This document shows positions 1 to 12,197 of a DNA stretch of 64,000 nucleotides, one piece after another. The notes beneath the pieces were generated by a model. That model had not been told where the DNA came from. It made no database searches and worked only from the letters and a program-made list of their open reading frames with translations. How positions within the stretch are numbered: position 1 is the stretch's first letter; every line of letters starts with the position of its first letter. A program made the translations under genes and the position numbers. Source of the stretch: Deltaproteobacteria bacterium. GTDB lineage: Bacteria; Myxococcota_A; Polyangia; Polyangiales; Houyiibacteriaceae. The DNA lies in contig JAXMNT010000004.1 of NCBI GenBank assembly GCA_034670305.1, positions 64,001 through 128,000 of the forward strand. Direction: 5' to 3'.

Positions 1-1041
1 GCCGAACGGCTCGGCGTGGAGCTCGTCTCGTTCGAGAGCTTGCTCGACCGCAGCGACTTCGTCTCGATTCACGCGCCGCTCGTGCCAAGCACGAAGCACC
101 TCTTCAACGACGCGGCCTTCGACCGCATGAAGAACAGCGCGCTGCTCGTCCAGTGCGCGCGCGGCGGCATCGTCGACGAAGCCGCGCTCGTGCGTGCACT
201 CAACGAAGGCAAGATCGCAGGCGCCGCGGTCGACGTGTTCGAGTCGGAGCCCATGGACCCGGCGCACCCGCTCACCAAGTGCGACAACTGCATCCTGACG
301 CCGCACCTCGGCGCGTCGACCATCGAAGCCCAGGAGCGGGTCGGCGTGCAAATCGCGCATCAGATCGTCGCGTTCCTCAAGCAAGGCACCATCGCCAACG
401 GCGTCAACGTGCCGTCGCTCGGTGGCGAAGCCGCTGCCCGCGTCGCGCCGCATCTCGAGCTCGCACGCCGGCTCGGCCGACTGCTCGCGCAGCTCGCCGA
501 CGGTGCCCGCGAGATCCGAGTCACGGCCCACGGCCCGCTCGCGGATCTCGTCAAACCGCTCGGCCAAGAAGCGCTCGCCGGATTCCTCGAAGTCCACCTC
601 GGCGAACCGGTCAACCCGCTCAGCGCGCCCTACGAAGCCAAGGAACGCGACATCAAGCTCAGCCTCGTCAGCGAACCGGACGACGACCTCCCCGTGGTCC
701 GCGTGGTCGTCAACGACGGCGAAGGCATCCACACCGCCACCGGGCGCAAGAGCCGCGGCGGCGGGCTGCGTCTCGTCGGCCTCGAAGGCTACGAAATGGA
801 CGCGGTGCTCCAGGGCCACGCGCTCGTGGTGCGCAACGACGACCGCCCGGGCGTCATCGGCGTACTCGGCACGGTGCTGGGCAAACACGGGCTCAACGTC
901 TCCCGCTTGCAGGTCGGACTCGACGACGAGACCGGCAAGGCGCTCGCGGTCTGGAACCTCGCGGGCGAAGCGCCGGCCGCGGTCCTCGAAGAACTTCGCG
1001 CCATCGAACACGTCGAGTCGGTCGACTACGTCGTGATCTGA
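1..1041 (+). CDS. serA: D-3-phosphoglycerate dehydrogenase, 5'-truncated by the window edge
   Basis: 2-hydroxyacid dehydrogenase motifs (CARGGIVDE, AAVDVFESEP, TPHLGAST) and a C-terminal ACT domain (NDDRPGVIG). The frame is open from base 1. Confidence 0.93.
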   Translation, partial: AERLGVELVSFESLLDRSDFVSIHAPLVPSTKHLFNDAAFDRMKNSALLVQCARGGIVDEAALVRALNEGKIAGAAVDVFESEPMDPAHPLTKCDNCILTPHLGASTIEAQERVGVQIAHQIVAFLKQGTIANGVNVPSLGGEAAARVAPHLELARRLGRLLAQLADGAREIRVTAHGPLADLVKPLGQEALAGFLEVHLGEPVNPLSAPYEAKERDIKLSLVSEPDDDLPVVRVVVNDGEGIHTATGRKSRGGGLRLVGLEGYEMDAVLQGHALVVRNDDRPGVIGVLGTVLGKHGLNVSRLQVGLDDETGKALAVWNLAGEAPAAVLEELRAIEHVESVDYVVI

Positions 1042-1063
1042 GAGCCAAACCTTGCGACGAGAA

Positions 1064-3612
<2,549 letters not shown>

Positions 3613-3697
3613 ATTCGGAAATGCGATGGCACCCCGGTCGTGCCGACGCACACGTCGGGGCCTTGCGGGGGCGGGACGGAGCCGGCATGAGCAGCGG

Positions 3698-4498
3698 ATG
3701 ACTCAGTCGGGGGATCGGGACGCCGCACGCGGCCAGTACCGCACAACGCAGACCGAGTGGTCGCGTGTGCCGAAGTACGTACGTTTTCGTTACCAGCGCG
3801 CGCTCGAGCGCCTGCCGGCATCCGGGACCGTGATCGAGCTCGGAGCAGGCATCGGGGTGGGGCTGGCACACCTCGCGCGCAGCCGGCCGGATCTTCGTTT
3901 CCGCGGCTTCGAGATGAGCGACGGAGCGGTCGCCTACGGCAACGAACACTTTGGGGACATCTCGAACTTGTCGCTCGAGGTGCTTCCCGACATGCCGAGT
4001 CTCGCCAAAACACTCGCGCGGGCTCGCCATCCCGATCAGGGCTTCACGCTGGTGGCGCTCGAGGTCCTCGAGCACCTCGACAACGCGACACTGGATGTAT
4101 TTCGCCGCGACGTGATGGCACACGTGGACCAGGTGATCTTCTCGTTCCCGTACATGCAGCAGAACATCGAAGGCACCGACCACCTGCAGAGCTTCGACCT
4201 CTACGACATCTTCGAGATCTTCCCGGGCTTCGAGACGATCTTCCTGCGCCGCCACTCGATCAAGCTGATCGGCCACTGGCACAGGGAAGACCGCAGCTTC
4301 GTGCGCGAGTGCCTGGGGGTCGCCGGCGAAGACAAGGCCATCGAAGCGATCGCCAACCTCGACGCGCCACACGGCGCCGGTGCGATTCCTGCAGGTTCTG
4401 CCCTGAAGGATTCATGGACAGACATCCAGGCACGGGCCAAAGCAGGCCGCAAGGGACTCCGCAAGGTATGGAAGGCGTTCCGAAAAAAGACGCCGTGA
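3698..4498 (+). CDS. class I SAM-dependent methyltransferase
   Basis: Motif I VIELGAGIG and ALEVLEHL. Start placed at ATG 3698. Stop overlaps the next GTG. Confidence 0.75.
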   Translation: MTQSGDRDAARGQYRTTQTEWSRVPKYVRFRYQRALERLPASGTVIELGAGIGVGLAHLARSRPDLRFRGFEMSDGAVAYGNEHFGDISNLSLEVLPDMPSLAKTLARARHPDQGFTLVALEVLEHLDNATLDVFRRDVMAHVDQVIFSFPYMQQNIEGTDHLQSFDLYDIFEIFPGFETIFLRRHSIKLIGHWHREDRSFVRECLGVAGEDKAIEAIANLDAPHGAGAIPAGSALKDSWTDIQARAKAGRKGLRKVWKAFRKKTP

Positions 4499-5502
4499 TC
4501 GGCGACCGCTCCACCCACGGGGAAGGCGGGTCCCTCGTCGTCAACCACGTGCTCTCGAGCGAGACCCAGTCCGCGATCTTCAACGCGATCTTCGGGTACT
4601 TCCGTCGGTACGTGCCGGCCGGCATCACGATCGAAGTCAGCGAACGGCCGCTCCCGCACGCCGCGGTGCACCACTTCCACCGGCCGCACCTCGAGTCCGA
4701 CTTGGGCGATCGCGCGGTGGTCACCGTGCACCACGATCTGGGCGAGCGGGACCCGTGGCTCGCCCTCTCGAAGTTTCTCCCGCGCTACCGGCAAGCCCAA
4801 TGCGTCGTCTGCTTGAACGAGGGCCAGCGCCGCAGGCTCGGGGTCGAAGGCATCGAGAAGACGACGGTCATCCCGCATGGCTACGCAGGGGATCTGTTCC
4901 GGCCCCGGGCGGGGCGTGCGGAGACTCGGCCGGATGGCGACGCACGCACCTGGCTCGGCATCGTCAGCCGGCGGTACGCGCGCCGAGTCAAAGGCGAGGC
5001 GTACTTGCATGAGCTCGTGTGCCACCTCGACAACGAACGGTTCGCGTTCGTGCTCGTCGGGGAAGGTCGGCATCACACGGCGGAGCACCTCGCGTCGCTC
5101 GGTTTCCAGACGCGCGTCTTCCAGTACCTGCCCTACCGGCTGTTCCAGTCGCTCTACGAGGCGATGGACTACCTGCTGGTCACCAGCAACTTCGAGGGCG
5201 GGCCGGCGAACTTGCCCGAAGCGATCGCCACCCACACACCCGTGATCACGACGCCGGTCGGGTTCGCGCCCGACTTCCTCAACGATGGGGTGAGCGGCTT
5301 GCTCTTGACCGGCGACCCGGACCTGGACGCCGAACGCATCGCGACGCTCGCGGACCCGCACAGCACGCTCGCCCGCACCCTGCGCGACAACGCGCCGGCG
5401 CTTCGTGACCGAATCCCGACTTGGCGCGACGTGGTGACCCGACATCTCGAGGCGTACGAGCCGCTGCTCGAACGGGCGCGTGCGGAGGGAGTGCGGACGT
5501 GA
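4495..5502 (+). CDS. GT-B glycosyltransferase (GT4-like)
   Basis: VIPHG, RVKG and TSNFEGGPANLPEAIATHTPVITTPVG (E-x7-E motif). GTGA overlaps at both ends. Confidence 0.85.
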   Translation: MIGDRSTHGEGGSLVVNHVLSSETQSAIFNAIFGYFRRYVPAGITIEVSERPLPHAAVHHFHRPHLESDLGDRAVVTVHHDLGERDPWLALSKFLPRYRQAQCVVCLNEGQRRRLGVEGIEKTTVIPHGYAGDLFRPRAGRAETRPDGDARTWLGIVSRRYARRVKGEAYLHELVCHLDNERFAFVLVGEGRHHTAEHLASLGFQTRVFQYLPYRLFQSLYEAMDYLLVTSNFEGGPANLPEAIATHTPVITTPVGFAPDFLNDGVSGLLLTGDPDLDAERIATLADPHSTLARTLRDNAPALRDRIPTWRDVVTRHLEAYEPLLERARAEGVRT

Positions 5503-7007
5503 GCTACGACTTTCTCTTCGCCGACGACCTCCACATCCACCGGCGCAACTTCGCCCCGCTCTACCGATACGTCGACACGCGGCAGGTGCCGCTCACGATT
5601 CACGGCACCCTCGAACCGCTCAAGCGCGCGGCCGGCGATCTGCAATCGCTCCGCGAACTTCCGGCGCTGCGTCGTCATCGAACACGGCTCGCTGCGTGCG
5701 CACCCGCAGAGCTGTTCGACCTCGAACACGACGGCTTGCGGCTGCGTCCGCTCTGCGTGGCGGAGACACTCTGCTTGTCGCTCGCGACCCGCAGTCACTG
5801 GCACGACGAGCCGGTCCGCGCAGGGGACGACGCCGCGATCTTCGCGCGCCTCGTCGAACGCGAACGCGAGGTGCTGCTGGACAACATGGCCGCCGCCTGC
5901 CTGTGGATCGATGAGTGGCGACGGGTGCTCCGCGCCCGGCAGCCCACGTTCACGCACGCGTTCGTGTTCAGCGGATCGATGACCTACGGACGGGTGCTCC
6001 TCGAACTCTGCCGGTTCGACCGGACCCGTGCATTCGTCCTCGAGTCCACGTTCACGGGCAAAGAGTTTTACGTCGAAGAGCGCCACACGCCGATCGCCAA
6101 CCGCTCGCAAATACGGCACGCAACGGTGCGCCGGAGCAAACGGCTCCCCGATTCGCCAGAGCAACAGGTGCGCGACCAGGCCAAGGCCATCCAACGTCTG
6201 TTCGCGGCGGAGAACAAGAACGTCACGCAGCCCGACGAAGCCGACCTGCCGCGGTTCGCCCAGCCCGAACGCCCGACGCTTCTTGTGGTCGGACAGGTCG
6301 TCAACGACTACTCGTTGATCGAACAGCGCCGCGGCGCGCTCTCGTCGATCGCGTTCTACGAAGCACTGATCGCGCGGGTCCTTCGCGACACGAACTACAA
6401 CGTCCTCTTCAAGGGCCATCCTTGGGAAGAACGAAAGGTTCATCTGCAGCGACCGTTCACCCGAGAGCGACTCCAGGCGTTCGCGGGGACGCTGGATACC
6501 CCGCACGCGGCCCGCTTCGCGATCCGGGACCACGACAACTTGATCGCGCTTGGCCACGCCTCCGACCGCGTGGCGTTGCTCAGCTCGCAGGCCGGCATCG
6601 AACTCGCCTTCTACGAGGGCCTGCGCCCCAGCACCTTCGGTACGCCCTACTACGGCGAGGCCGGGTTCACGGATGCGTTCGACCCGCACGACCTCGATCC
6701 GTTCATCGATGCGTGTCTTTCGAACCCGCGGGCGGAGCTCGACCTCGACGGCTACGAAGCGTTGCTCGACTTCTTGCAGCGCTTCCTCCAGCACCACGCC
6801 GTCACCGAACGCAACAGCGGGCTCGGACAGATCGCGCGCATCGTGGAGGCGTCGGCGGAGATCGGGGCCCCGCCACCGCGCGGGGGTCCGCCGAAAGACC
6901 AGAGCTTGCCCGCACGCACGAGGCGCAAGCTGCGCAAGCTCCGACGCGACCCGCGGGCATTCTTCCTGGACGCAAAGCTCGTCAAGGCCCTGCAAAGACG
7001 CGGCTGA
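5499..7007 (+). CDS. capsule polysaccharide biosynthesis protein, KpsS/KpsC (Capsule_synth)-like
   Basis: GQVVNDYS, FKGHPWE, SSQAGIELA and FGTPYYGEAGFT resemble the QV-x2-D, K-x-HP, S-x-GxE and PFY-x3-G motifs of this family. C-terminal RKLRKLRRDPRAFF tail. Confidence 0.7.
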   Translation: MSYDFLFADDLHIHRRNFAPLYRYVDTRQVPLTIHGTLEPLKRAAGDLQSLRELPALRRHRTRLAACAPAELFDLEHDGLRLRPLCVAETLCLSLATRSHWHDEPVRAGDDAAIFARLVEREREVLLDNMAAACLWIDEWRRVLRARQPTFTHAFVFSGSMTYGRVLLELCRFDRTRAFVLESTFTGKEFYVEERHTPIANRSQIRHATVRRSKRLPDSPEQQVRDQAKAIQRLFAAENKNVTQPDEADLPRFAQPERPTLLVVGQVVNDYSLIEQRRGALSSIAFYEALIARVLRDTNYNVLFKGHPWEERKVHLQRPFTRERLQAFAGTLDTPHAARFAIRDHDNLIALGHASDRVALLSSQAGIELAFYEGLRPSTFGTPYYGEAGFTDAFDPHDLDPFIDACLSNPRAELDLDGYEALLDFLQRFLQHHAVTERNSGLGQIARIVEASAEIGAPPPRGGPPKDQSLPARTRRKLRKLRRDPRAFFLDAKLVKALQRRG

Positions 7008-7092
7008 ACCGGAAGCCCTCCACCCGTGGCGAAGCGGACGGGAGGGGCTCGAACCACTGGCGCCGGGTTCCCAGATGCGCTGTAGTCGCGGC

Positions 7093-7482
7093 ATGAAACG
7101 CAGTGTTGTCTCGACCCCGCATGCGCCGGCCGCCATCGGCGCCTACTCGCAGGCCGTCCGCGCCGGCGACCTGCTCTTCTGCTCTGGTCAGATCCCGCTC
7201 GACCCCGCGACGGGCGACCTGGTGATGGACGACATCGCGGCGCAGACGAAGCAGTCGATGCAGAACCTCGGCGCCGTCCTCGAGGCGGGCGGGAGCGGTT
7301 GGGCCAAGGTGGTGAAGGTCTCGATCTTTCTCACCTCGATGTCCGACTTCGCCGCCGTCAACGCGGTCTACGCGACGTACTTCGAAGGGCTCGAGCCGCC
7401 GGCGCGCGCGTGCGTGGCGGTGAAGGAACTGCCGAAGGGCGTCGACGTCGAGATCGAGTGCATCGCGATCTGCGAAGGGTGA
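7093..7482 (+). CDS. ridA: RidA/YjgF family reactive imine deaminase
   Basis: APAAIGAYSQA, SGQIPLDP, PPARACV and VEIECIA motifs. Confidence 0.92.
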   Translation: MKRSVVSTPHAPAAIGAYSQAVRAGDLLFCSGQIPLDPATGDLVMDDIAAQTKQSMQNLGAVLEAGGSGWAKVVKVSIFLTSMSDFAAVNAVYATYFEGLEPPARACVAVKELPKGVDVEIECIAICEG

Positions 7483-7486
7483 ACCA

Positions 7487-8257
7487 GTGAAGCTGGTCAC
7501 CTGGAACATCAACTCGGTCCGCGCGCGCGAGCAGCGGCTCCTCGAGTGGCTCACGAAGCATCAACCGGATGTGATCTGTCTGCAGGAGCTCAAGGTCACC
7601 GACGATCTCTTCCCGCGCGACAAGGTCGAAGCGCTTGGCTACCAGGTCGCGACGCACGGGCAGAAGACCTACAACGGGGTGGCGATTCTCAGCCGCACCC
7701 CGCTGGAAGACGTCCGCATCGGGCTCGGCGACGACGTGGAGGACGACCACGCGCGACTCATCAGCGCGAAGGTCGAGGGCATCCGCGTGATCTGCGGGTA
7801 CTTCCCGAACGGCGGGGACATGAGCTCGGACAAGTACGTCTACAAGCTGCGCTGGTTCGAGCGGCTGCGCGCGCACCTGGACCGCAACTTCTCCAAGGAC
7901 GAACCACTCGCGCTGCTCGGCGACTACAACGTGGCGACGTTCGGAGACGACATCGCGCGCCCCGAGGAGCTGGAAGGCACCGTCCTGGCGAACCCGGAGA
8001 TCCGGGAGGCGCTCGCACGCATTCGGGACTTCGGCCTCAGCGACGTGTTCCGCCCCTTCCATCCGCGCGGCGGCGTCTACACCTGGTGGGACTACCGCGG
8101 GATGGGCTTCGAGCGCGGCAACGGCATGCGCATCGACCACCACTACTACACCGCGTGCCTCGCCAAGCGGGTGATCGGCGCCGCCGTGGACCGCAAAGAG
8201 CGGGAAGGCAAAGGCGCCTCGGACCACGCGCCGGTGCTGGTGGAGATCCAGCACTGA
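7487..8257 (+). CDS. xth: exodeoxyribonuclease III
   Basis: TWNINS, LQELK, YFPNG, GDYN, YTWWDYR, RIDH and SDHAPV motifs. Confidence 0.96.
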   Translation: MKLVTWNINSVRAREQRLLEWLTKHQPDVICLQELKVTDDLFPRDKVEALGYQVATHGQKTYNGVAILSRTPLEDVRIGLGDDVEDDHARLISAKVEGIRVICGYFPNGGDMSSDKYVYKLRWFERLRAHLDRNFSKDEPLALLGDYNVATFGDDIARPEELEGTVLANPEIREALARIRDFGLSDVFRPFHPRGGVYTWWDYRGMGFERGNGMRIDHHYYTACLAKRVIGAAVDRKEREGKGASDHAPVLVEIQH

Positions 8258-8289
8258 ACACGTTGCCCGACTCGGAAGTCGCGGCGCCG

Positions 8290-9006
8290 ATGCTGGTCGC
8301 CGTGCTCTTCGCGTGGCTGCTGCCGAAGTCGCTCGCGTGGGTGCTGCGGGCGGCCAAACTCGACGGACTGCGGGTGCGGGTCGCCGCTGGCGTTCCGCTG
8401 GTGGTCGGAGGCGCGCTCCTCGGCCTGCGCATGCTGGGACCGGTGGTGGTGAACGCGCCCTACGGCGTCGCCTCCTGGGCGGCGTTGGTGGGGGTGGCTG
8501 CTTTCACCGCTGCGATGTGGATCCGGGCGACCAAGGAAGAGAAGAACCCGGCAACCGACAATGCAGTCGCGGTGTTCACCGCCGTGCTCATCGGCGGTCT
8601 CGGGTTCGCGGTCCCGGTCGCGAGCGACGTGCTGACCCGGCGTCCCGAGAGTGCGGAGGCCGGCTGGTGGCGGATGCGTTTCGTGCCCTGGGACGGCGAC
8701 GCGCTGATGGAGGTGGCTTGGAGTGCGCGGCATCGCGACGACCTACGGGTGGCCGAACTCCGGCTCGAACTCGCCCGGCGCGCCGACGCAGCCGAGTGGG
8801 AGGCGCTTCAGCTGCAGGCGGAGCTCTTCGCAGCCGCGGGCGCCTGCGAAGAGGCGCGGGCCACCTTCGACCTGAGCCAACGGGCCCGGGCGGAGGAGGC
8901 GCTGCTTCGAAACGAATCCCTGCAGCTCGGTGGGTGGGCGCTGCTGCCGGCCTTGGTCGGCGAGTGCGGTGTCCGCCCCCCCGAAGAGCTCCTCGACTTC
9001 GAATAG
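8290..9006 (+). CDS. hypothetical membrane protein (about 4 TM segments plus a helical, TPR-like C-terminus)
   Basis: Hydrophobic segments and genome-typical codon usage. Start is uncertain. Confidence 0.55.
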   Translation: MLVAVLFAWLLPKSLAWVLRAAKLDGLRVRVAAGVPLVVGGALLGLRMLGPVVVNAPYGVASWAALVGVAAFTAAMWIRATKEEKNPATDNAVAVFTAVLIGGLGFAVPVASDVLTRRPESAEAGWWRMRFVPWDGDALMEVAWSARHRDDLRVAELRLELARRADAAEWEALQLQAELFAAAGACEEARATFDLSQRARAEEALLRNESLQLGGWALLPALVGECGVRPPEELLDFE

Positions 9007-9009
9007 GGT

Positions 9010-9083
9010 TGGGCGGCGAGCACGTGGAGGTGGGACGGGCGCGAGCGTAGGGCCGCCAGTCTCGCGAAGCGAGCCAGGCCCGT
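9010..9083. repeat. REP-like dispersed hairpin element, copy 1
   Basis: About 74 bp nearly identical to 40270-40342. Contains GTAG-GGCC...CTCGC-GAA-GCGAG...GGCCC. Confidence 0.8.
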
Positions 9084-9166
9084 CGGGGAAACAAGCCAGT
9101 GAACCCCCTTCACTCTTTCTGCGCAGTCTCACGGCTCGATCGCCATCCCGCTGCTAGGCCTCATGG

Positions 9167-11215
9167 ATGAAGTTGCTTTGGGGGTTGGCCGTCATCGGCC
9201 TGGTTGGACTGATGGGCTGTGGCGACGGGACACCGGCCTCGCTCTGCGCGGACGTGGCGTGCGGCATCGCGGGCACCACGTGCGATGAAACGGACGGGCT
9301 CTGCCACTGCGGCAGCGCGGGGCCCATCTGCGAAGGCGACCAGGTGTGCGAGCCGGAGCGGCTGGCCTGTGAGGCGCCCTTCCCCGCGGCGGTCTGCAAC
9401 GACGGGAGCCGGTTCGTCGCGGGCACCTCCGCCTTCCGCGAGGCGACCGACGACTGGGGGCTGCGCGACGTGGTGGGCGTCCGGCTGAACGTCACCGACA
9501 TCGACGGGGACGGCTACGGCGATCTCATGGTCCGCCGCGGCGCCGGTCGACCGGACGAGCTCGGCGCGGACGGCGTGCGCCGGACGTGGCTGCTTCGCAA
9601 CCGCGGGGCGGCGGGTGGCTTCGAGGACGTGACGGTCTCGAGTGGCATCCTCACGCTTCGGACCCCGGCCGCCGACATGGGCCGGCCGGTGGAGATCGCG
9701 GCGTTCGCGGACGTGGACTCCGACGGCGACGTGGACGCCTACCTCGCGATGAACACCGTCGACCCGATGTTCACGCTCGGAGAGCACAGCGAGATCCTGC
9801 TCAACGACGGCACCGGCCACTTCGTGCTCGGGCCGCAGAGCGACCTGAACTCCATGGACCGCCCGGACGTGCCCGCGGGCGCTTCGTTCATCGATGTGGA
9901 CCGCGACGGCCACGTGGACCTCTGGGTGCCGCAGCACAACTACGAGAACGACCGCGGCATGCTGACCTTCAGCCAGGACCGGCTCTTTCGCGGCGACGGC
10001 ACCGGGGCCTTCACGGACGTGACCGAAGCCTACGGATTGACCACGCTCGAATGGCGCGGGTTCATCGATCTCAACGAAGGGCTCTCCCACACCCGCGCGT
10101 GGGGCGCGCTCGCGCGCGACCTCAACGGGGACGGAGTGCCGGAGCTCTTGGCGCCGAGCTACGGCCGCTCGCCGAACCATCTCTGGCGCGGTGCGTTCGA
10201 CGCGGACGGCACCTACTTTGTCAACGAGTCGGTCGCGAGCGGCTACGCGTTCGACGAAGACCAGTCCTGGGAGGACAACCAGTTCGCGCGCTGTTACTGC
10301 GAGGCGAACCGCGAGGCCGAAGGCTGCGCCGACGTGCCACGGTCGTCGCTGCGGTGCTCCAACAACTGGAGTCACGATCAGGACCGACAGCCGTTCCGCC
10401 TCGGCGGCAACAGCGGCGCGACCTCTGCGGGCGACGTCGACAACGACGGAGACCTCGATCTCTTCACCGGCGAGATCAAACACTGGTGGGCGGGCAACGG
10501 CTCCGACGGCAGCGAACTGCTGCTGAACGACGGTGCGCTGCACTTCGTGCGACCGGGCGACGCGGCGATGGGGCTCGAAGCCGATCACCTCGACCGCTCG
10601 GACTGGGACGAGGGGCACATGACCAACGCGCTCCTGGACTTCGACAACGATGGGCGACTCGACGTGTACGTCGGCGCGAGCGACTACCCGGGCAACCGTG
10701 GGCAGCTCTTCCACCAGAGCAGCCCGATGAACTTCACCCAGCTGACGACCAGCGAGTTCTTCGAGCACAACCGCAGCCACGGCGTCGTCGTGCTCGACGT
10801 GGACCGGGACGGCGACCTCGACATCGTGGTCGGGCACTCCCGCGCCCGCTGCGAAGCCTCGCTCCCGAACGACTGCTACGAGACCAGCCAAGTCCGGGCC
10901 TTCGAGAACATCATGGCGCCCGGCAACTGGCTGCAGCTCGACCTGGTCGGGGGCGAAGGCTCCAACGGCGCGGCCATCGGCGCGCAAGCCACCGTGCGCT
11001 ACGGCGACCTTCAGCAGGTGCTCGAGGTCGACGGTGGACACGGCCACTACGGCTCGCAGAGCGACCACACGCTCCACGTCGGACTCGGGGGGGCGTGCGA
11101 AGCGGAGGTCAGCATTCGCTGGCCGGACGCGGAAGGCACGACCGAGACCTACACGCTCCCAGCGGGCCACCGGTTCCGCATCGTGCAAGGACAGCGCCCC
11201 GCCGTCGCCCCGTAA
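9167..11215 (+). CDS. FG-GAP/VCBS repeat lipoprotein with C-terminal ASPIC/UnbV-like domain (CRTAC1-like)
   Basis: Lipobox LMGC, Cys-rich N-terminus, repeated DxDxDGxxD motifs, and C-terminal SNGAAIGA...GGHGHYGSQ...LHVGLG. Confidence 0.85.
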   Translation: MKLLWGLAVIGLVGLMGCGDGTPASLCADVACGIAGTTCDETDGLCHCGSAGPICEGDQVCEPERLACEAPFPAAVCNDGSRFVAGTSAFREATDDWGLRDVVGVRLNVTDIDGDGYGDLMVRRGAGRPDELGADGVRRTWLLRNRGAAGGFEDVTVSSGILTLRTPAADMGRPVEIAAFADVDSDGDVDAYLAMNTVDPMFTLGEHSEILLNDGTGHFVLGPQSDLNSMDRPDVPAGASFIDVDRDGHVDLWVPQHNYENDRGMLTFSQDRLFRGDGTGAFTDVTEAYGLTTLEWRGFIDLNEGLSHTRAWGALARDLNGDGVPELLAPSYGRSPNHLWRGAFDADGTYFVNESVASGYAFDEDQSWEDNQFARCYCEANREAEGCADVPRSSLRCSNNWSHDQDRQPFRLGGNSGATSAGDVDNDGDLDLFTGEIKHWWAGNGSDGSELLLNDGALHFVRPGDAAMGLEADHLDRSDWDEGHMTNALLDFDNDGRLDVYVGASDYPGNRGQLFHQSSPMNFTQLTTSEFFEHNRSHGVVVLDVDRDGDLDIVVGHSRARCEASLPNDCYETSQVRAFENIMAPGNWLQLDLVGGEGSNGAAIGAQATVRYGDLQQVLEVDGGHGHYGSQSDHTLHVGLGGACEAEVSIRWPDAEGTTETYTLPAGHRFRIVQGQRPAVAP

Positions 11216-11303
11216 GGCCAAAGGCCGAGCAGCGCCCCGTGCGCACCCTCGTTGACGCGACCGGAGCGGGTTGGTACGTGCGCCCTCGAAGAAGAGGTGT
11301 CTC

Positions 11304-12197
11304 ATGGCGGAAATCCGCGTGTTCGGTGTGATCGGTGCAGGGCAGATGGGTCAGGGCATCGCGTGGGTCGCGGCGCTGGCCGGCTACGACGTGAAGTTGC
11401 TCGACGCGAAGGCGGACGTCGCGACCAAAGGCAAGGAACGCATCGCCAAGGGGATGCAGCGCTCGGTCGACAAGGAGCGCCTTGCCGCCGGTGACCGGGA
11501 TGCCGCGCTGGCCCGCATCGAACCGACCTCGGACTACGCCGCGCTCGCCCAAGCCGACATCGTCGTCGAAGCCGCCACCGAGAACATCGAGATCAAGAAG
11601 ATCATCTTCAAGGCCGCCGACGAAGCGATGCAGAAGCCGGAAGGCATTCTCGCGAGCAACACCTCCAGCATCTCGTTGACCAAACTCGCGGCGGTCACCG
11701 GCCGCCCGGAGCGGGTGGTCGGCATGCACTTCATGAACCCGGTCCCGATGATGAAGCTCGTCGAGATCGTGCGCGCGCTCCAGACGAGCGACGACACGTA
11801 TGAGACGACCTGCACCGTCAGCAAGGCGCTCGGCAAGACGCTCGTCACGACGAAAGACATGCCGGGGTTCATCGTGAACCGAATGCTGATCCCCTTCCTC
11901 AACGAAGCGTGCTTCGCGCTCCAGGAAGGCCTCGGCACCGTGGTCGACATCGACACGGCGGGGCGGCTCGGGCTGAACCACCCGATGGGACCGTTTGAAC
12001 TCGCCGACCTCATCGGCCTCGACACGGTGCTCTACATCGGCGAGGTCCTTCAGCGGGAGTTCGGCGACGACAAGTACCGCCCGCCCGCCATCCTGCGGAA
12101 CTACGTCGCTGCCGGGTGGCTTGGTCGCAAGACGCGGCGCGGCTTCTACCACTACGACGAGCGTGGCCAGAAGGTCATGAGCACGGAGACCACCTGA
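11304..12197 (+). CDS. hbd: 3-hydroxybutyryl-CoA / 3-hydroxyacyl-CoA dehydrogenase
   Basis: GAGQMG, EAATE, SNTSS, GMHFMNP, PGFIVNR and PMGPFELAD motifs. Confidence 0.9.
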   Translation: MAEIRVFGVIGAGQMGQGIAWVAALAGYDVKLLDAKADVATKGKERIAKGMQRSVDKERLAAGDRDAALARIEPTSDYAALAQADIVVEAATENIEIKKIIFKAADEAMQKPEGILASNTSSISLTKLAAVTGRPERVVGMHFMNPVPMMKLVEIVRALQTSDDTYETTCTVSKALGKTLVTTKDMPGFIVNRMLIPFLNEACFALQEGLGTVVDIDTAGRLGLNHPMGPFELADLIGLDTVLYIGEVLQREFGDDKYRPPAILRNYVAAGWLGRKTRRGFYHYDERGQKVMSTETT

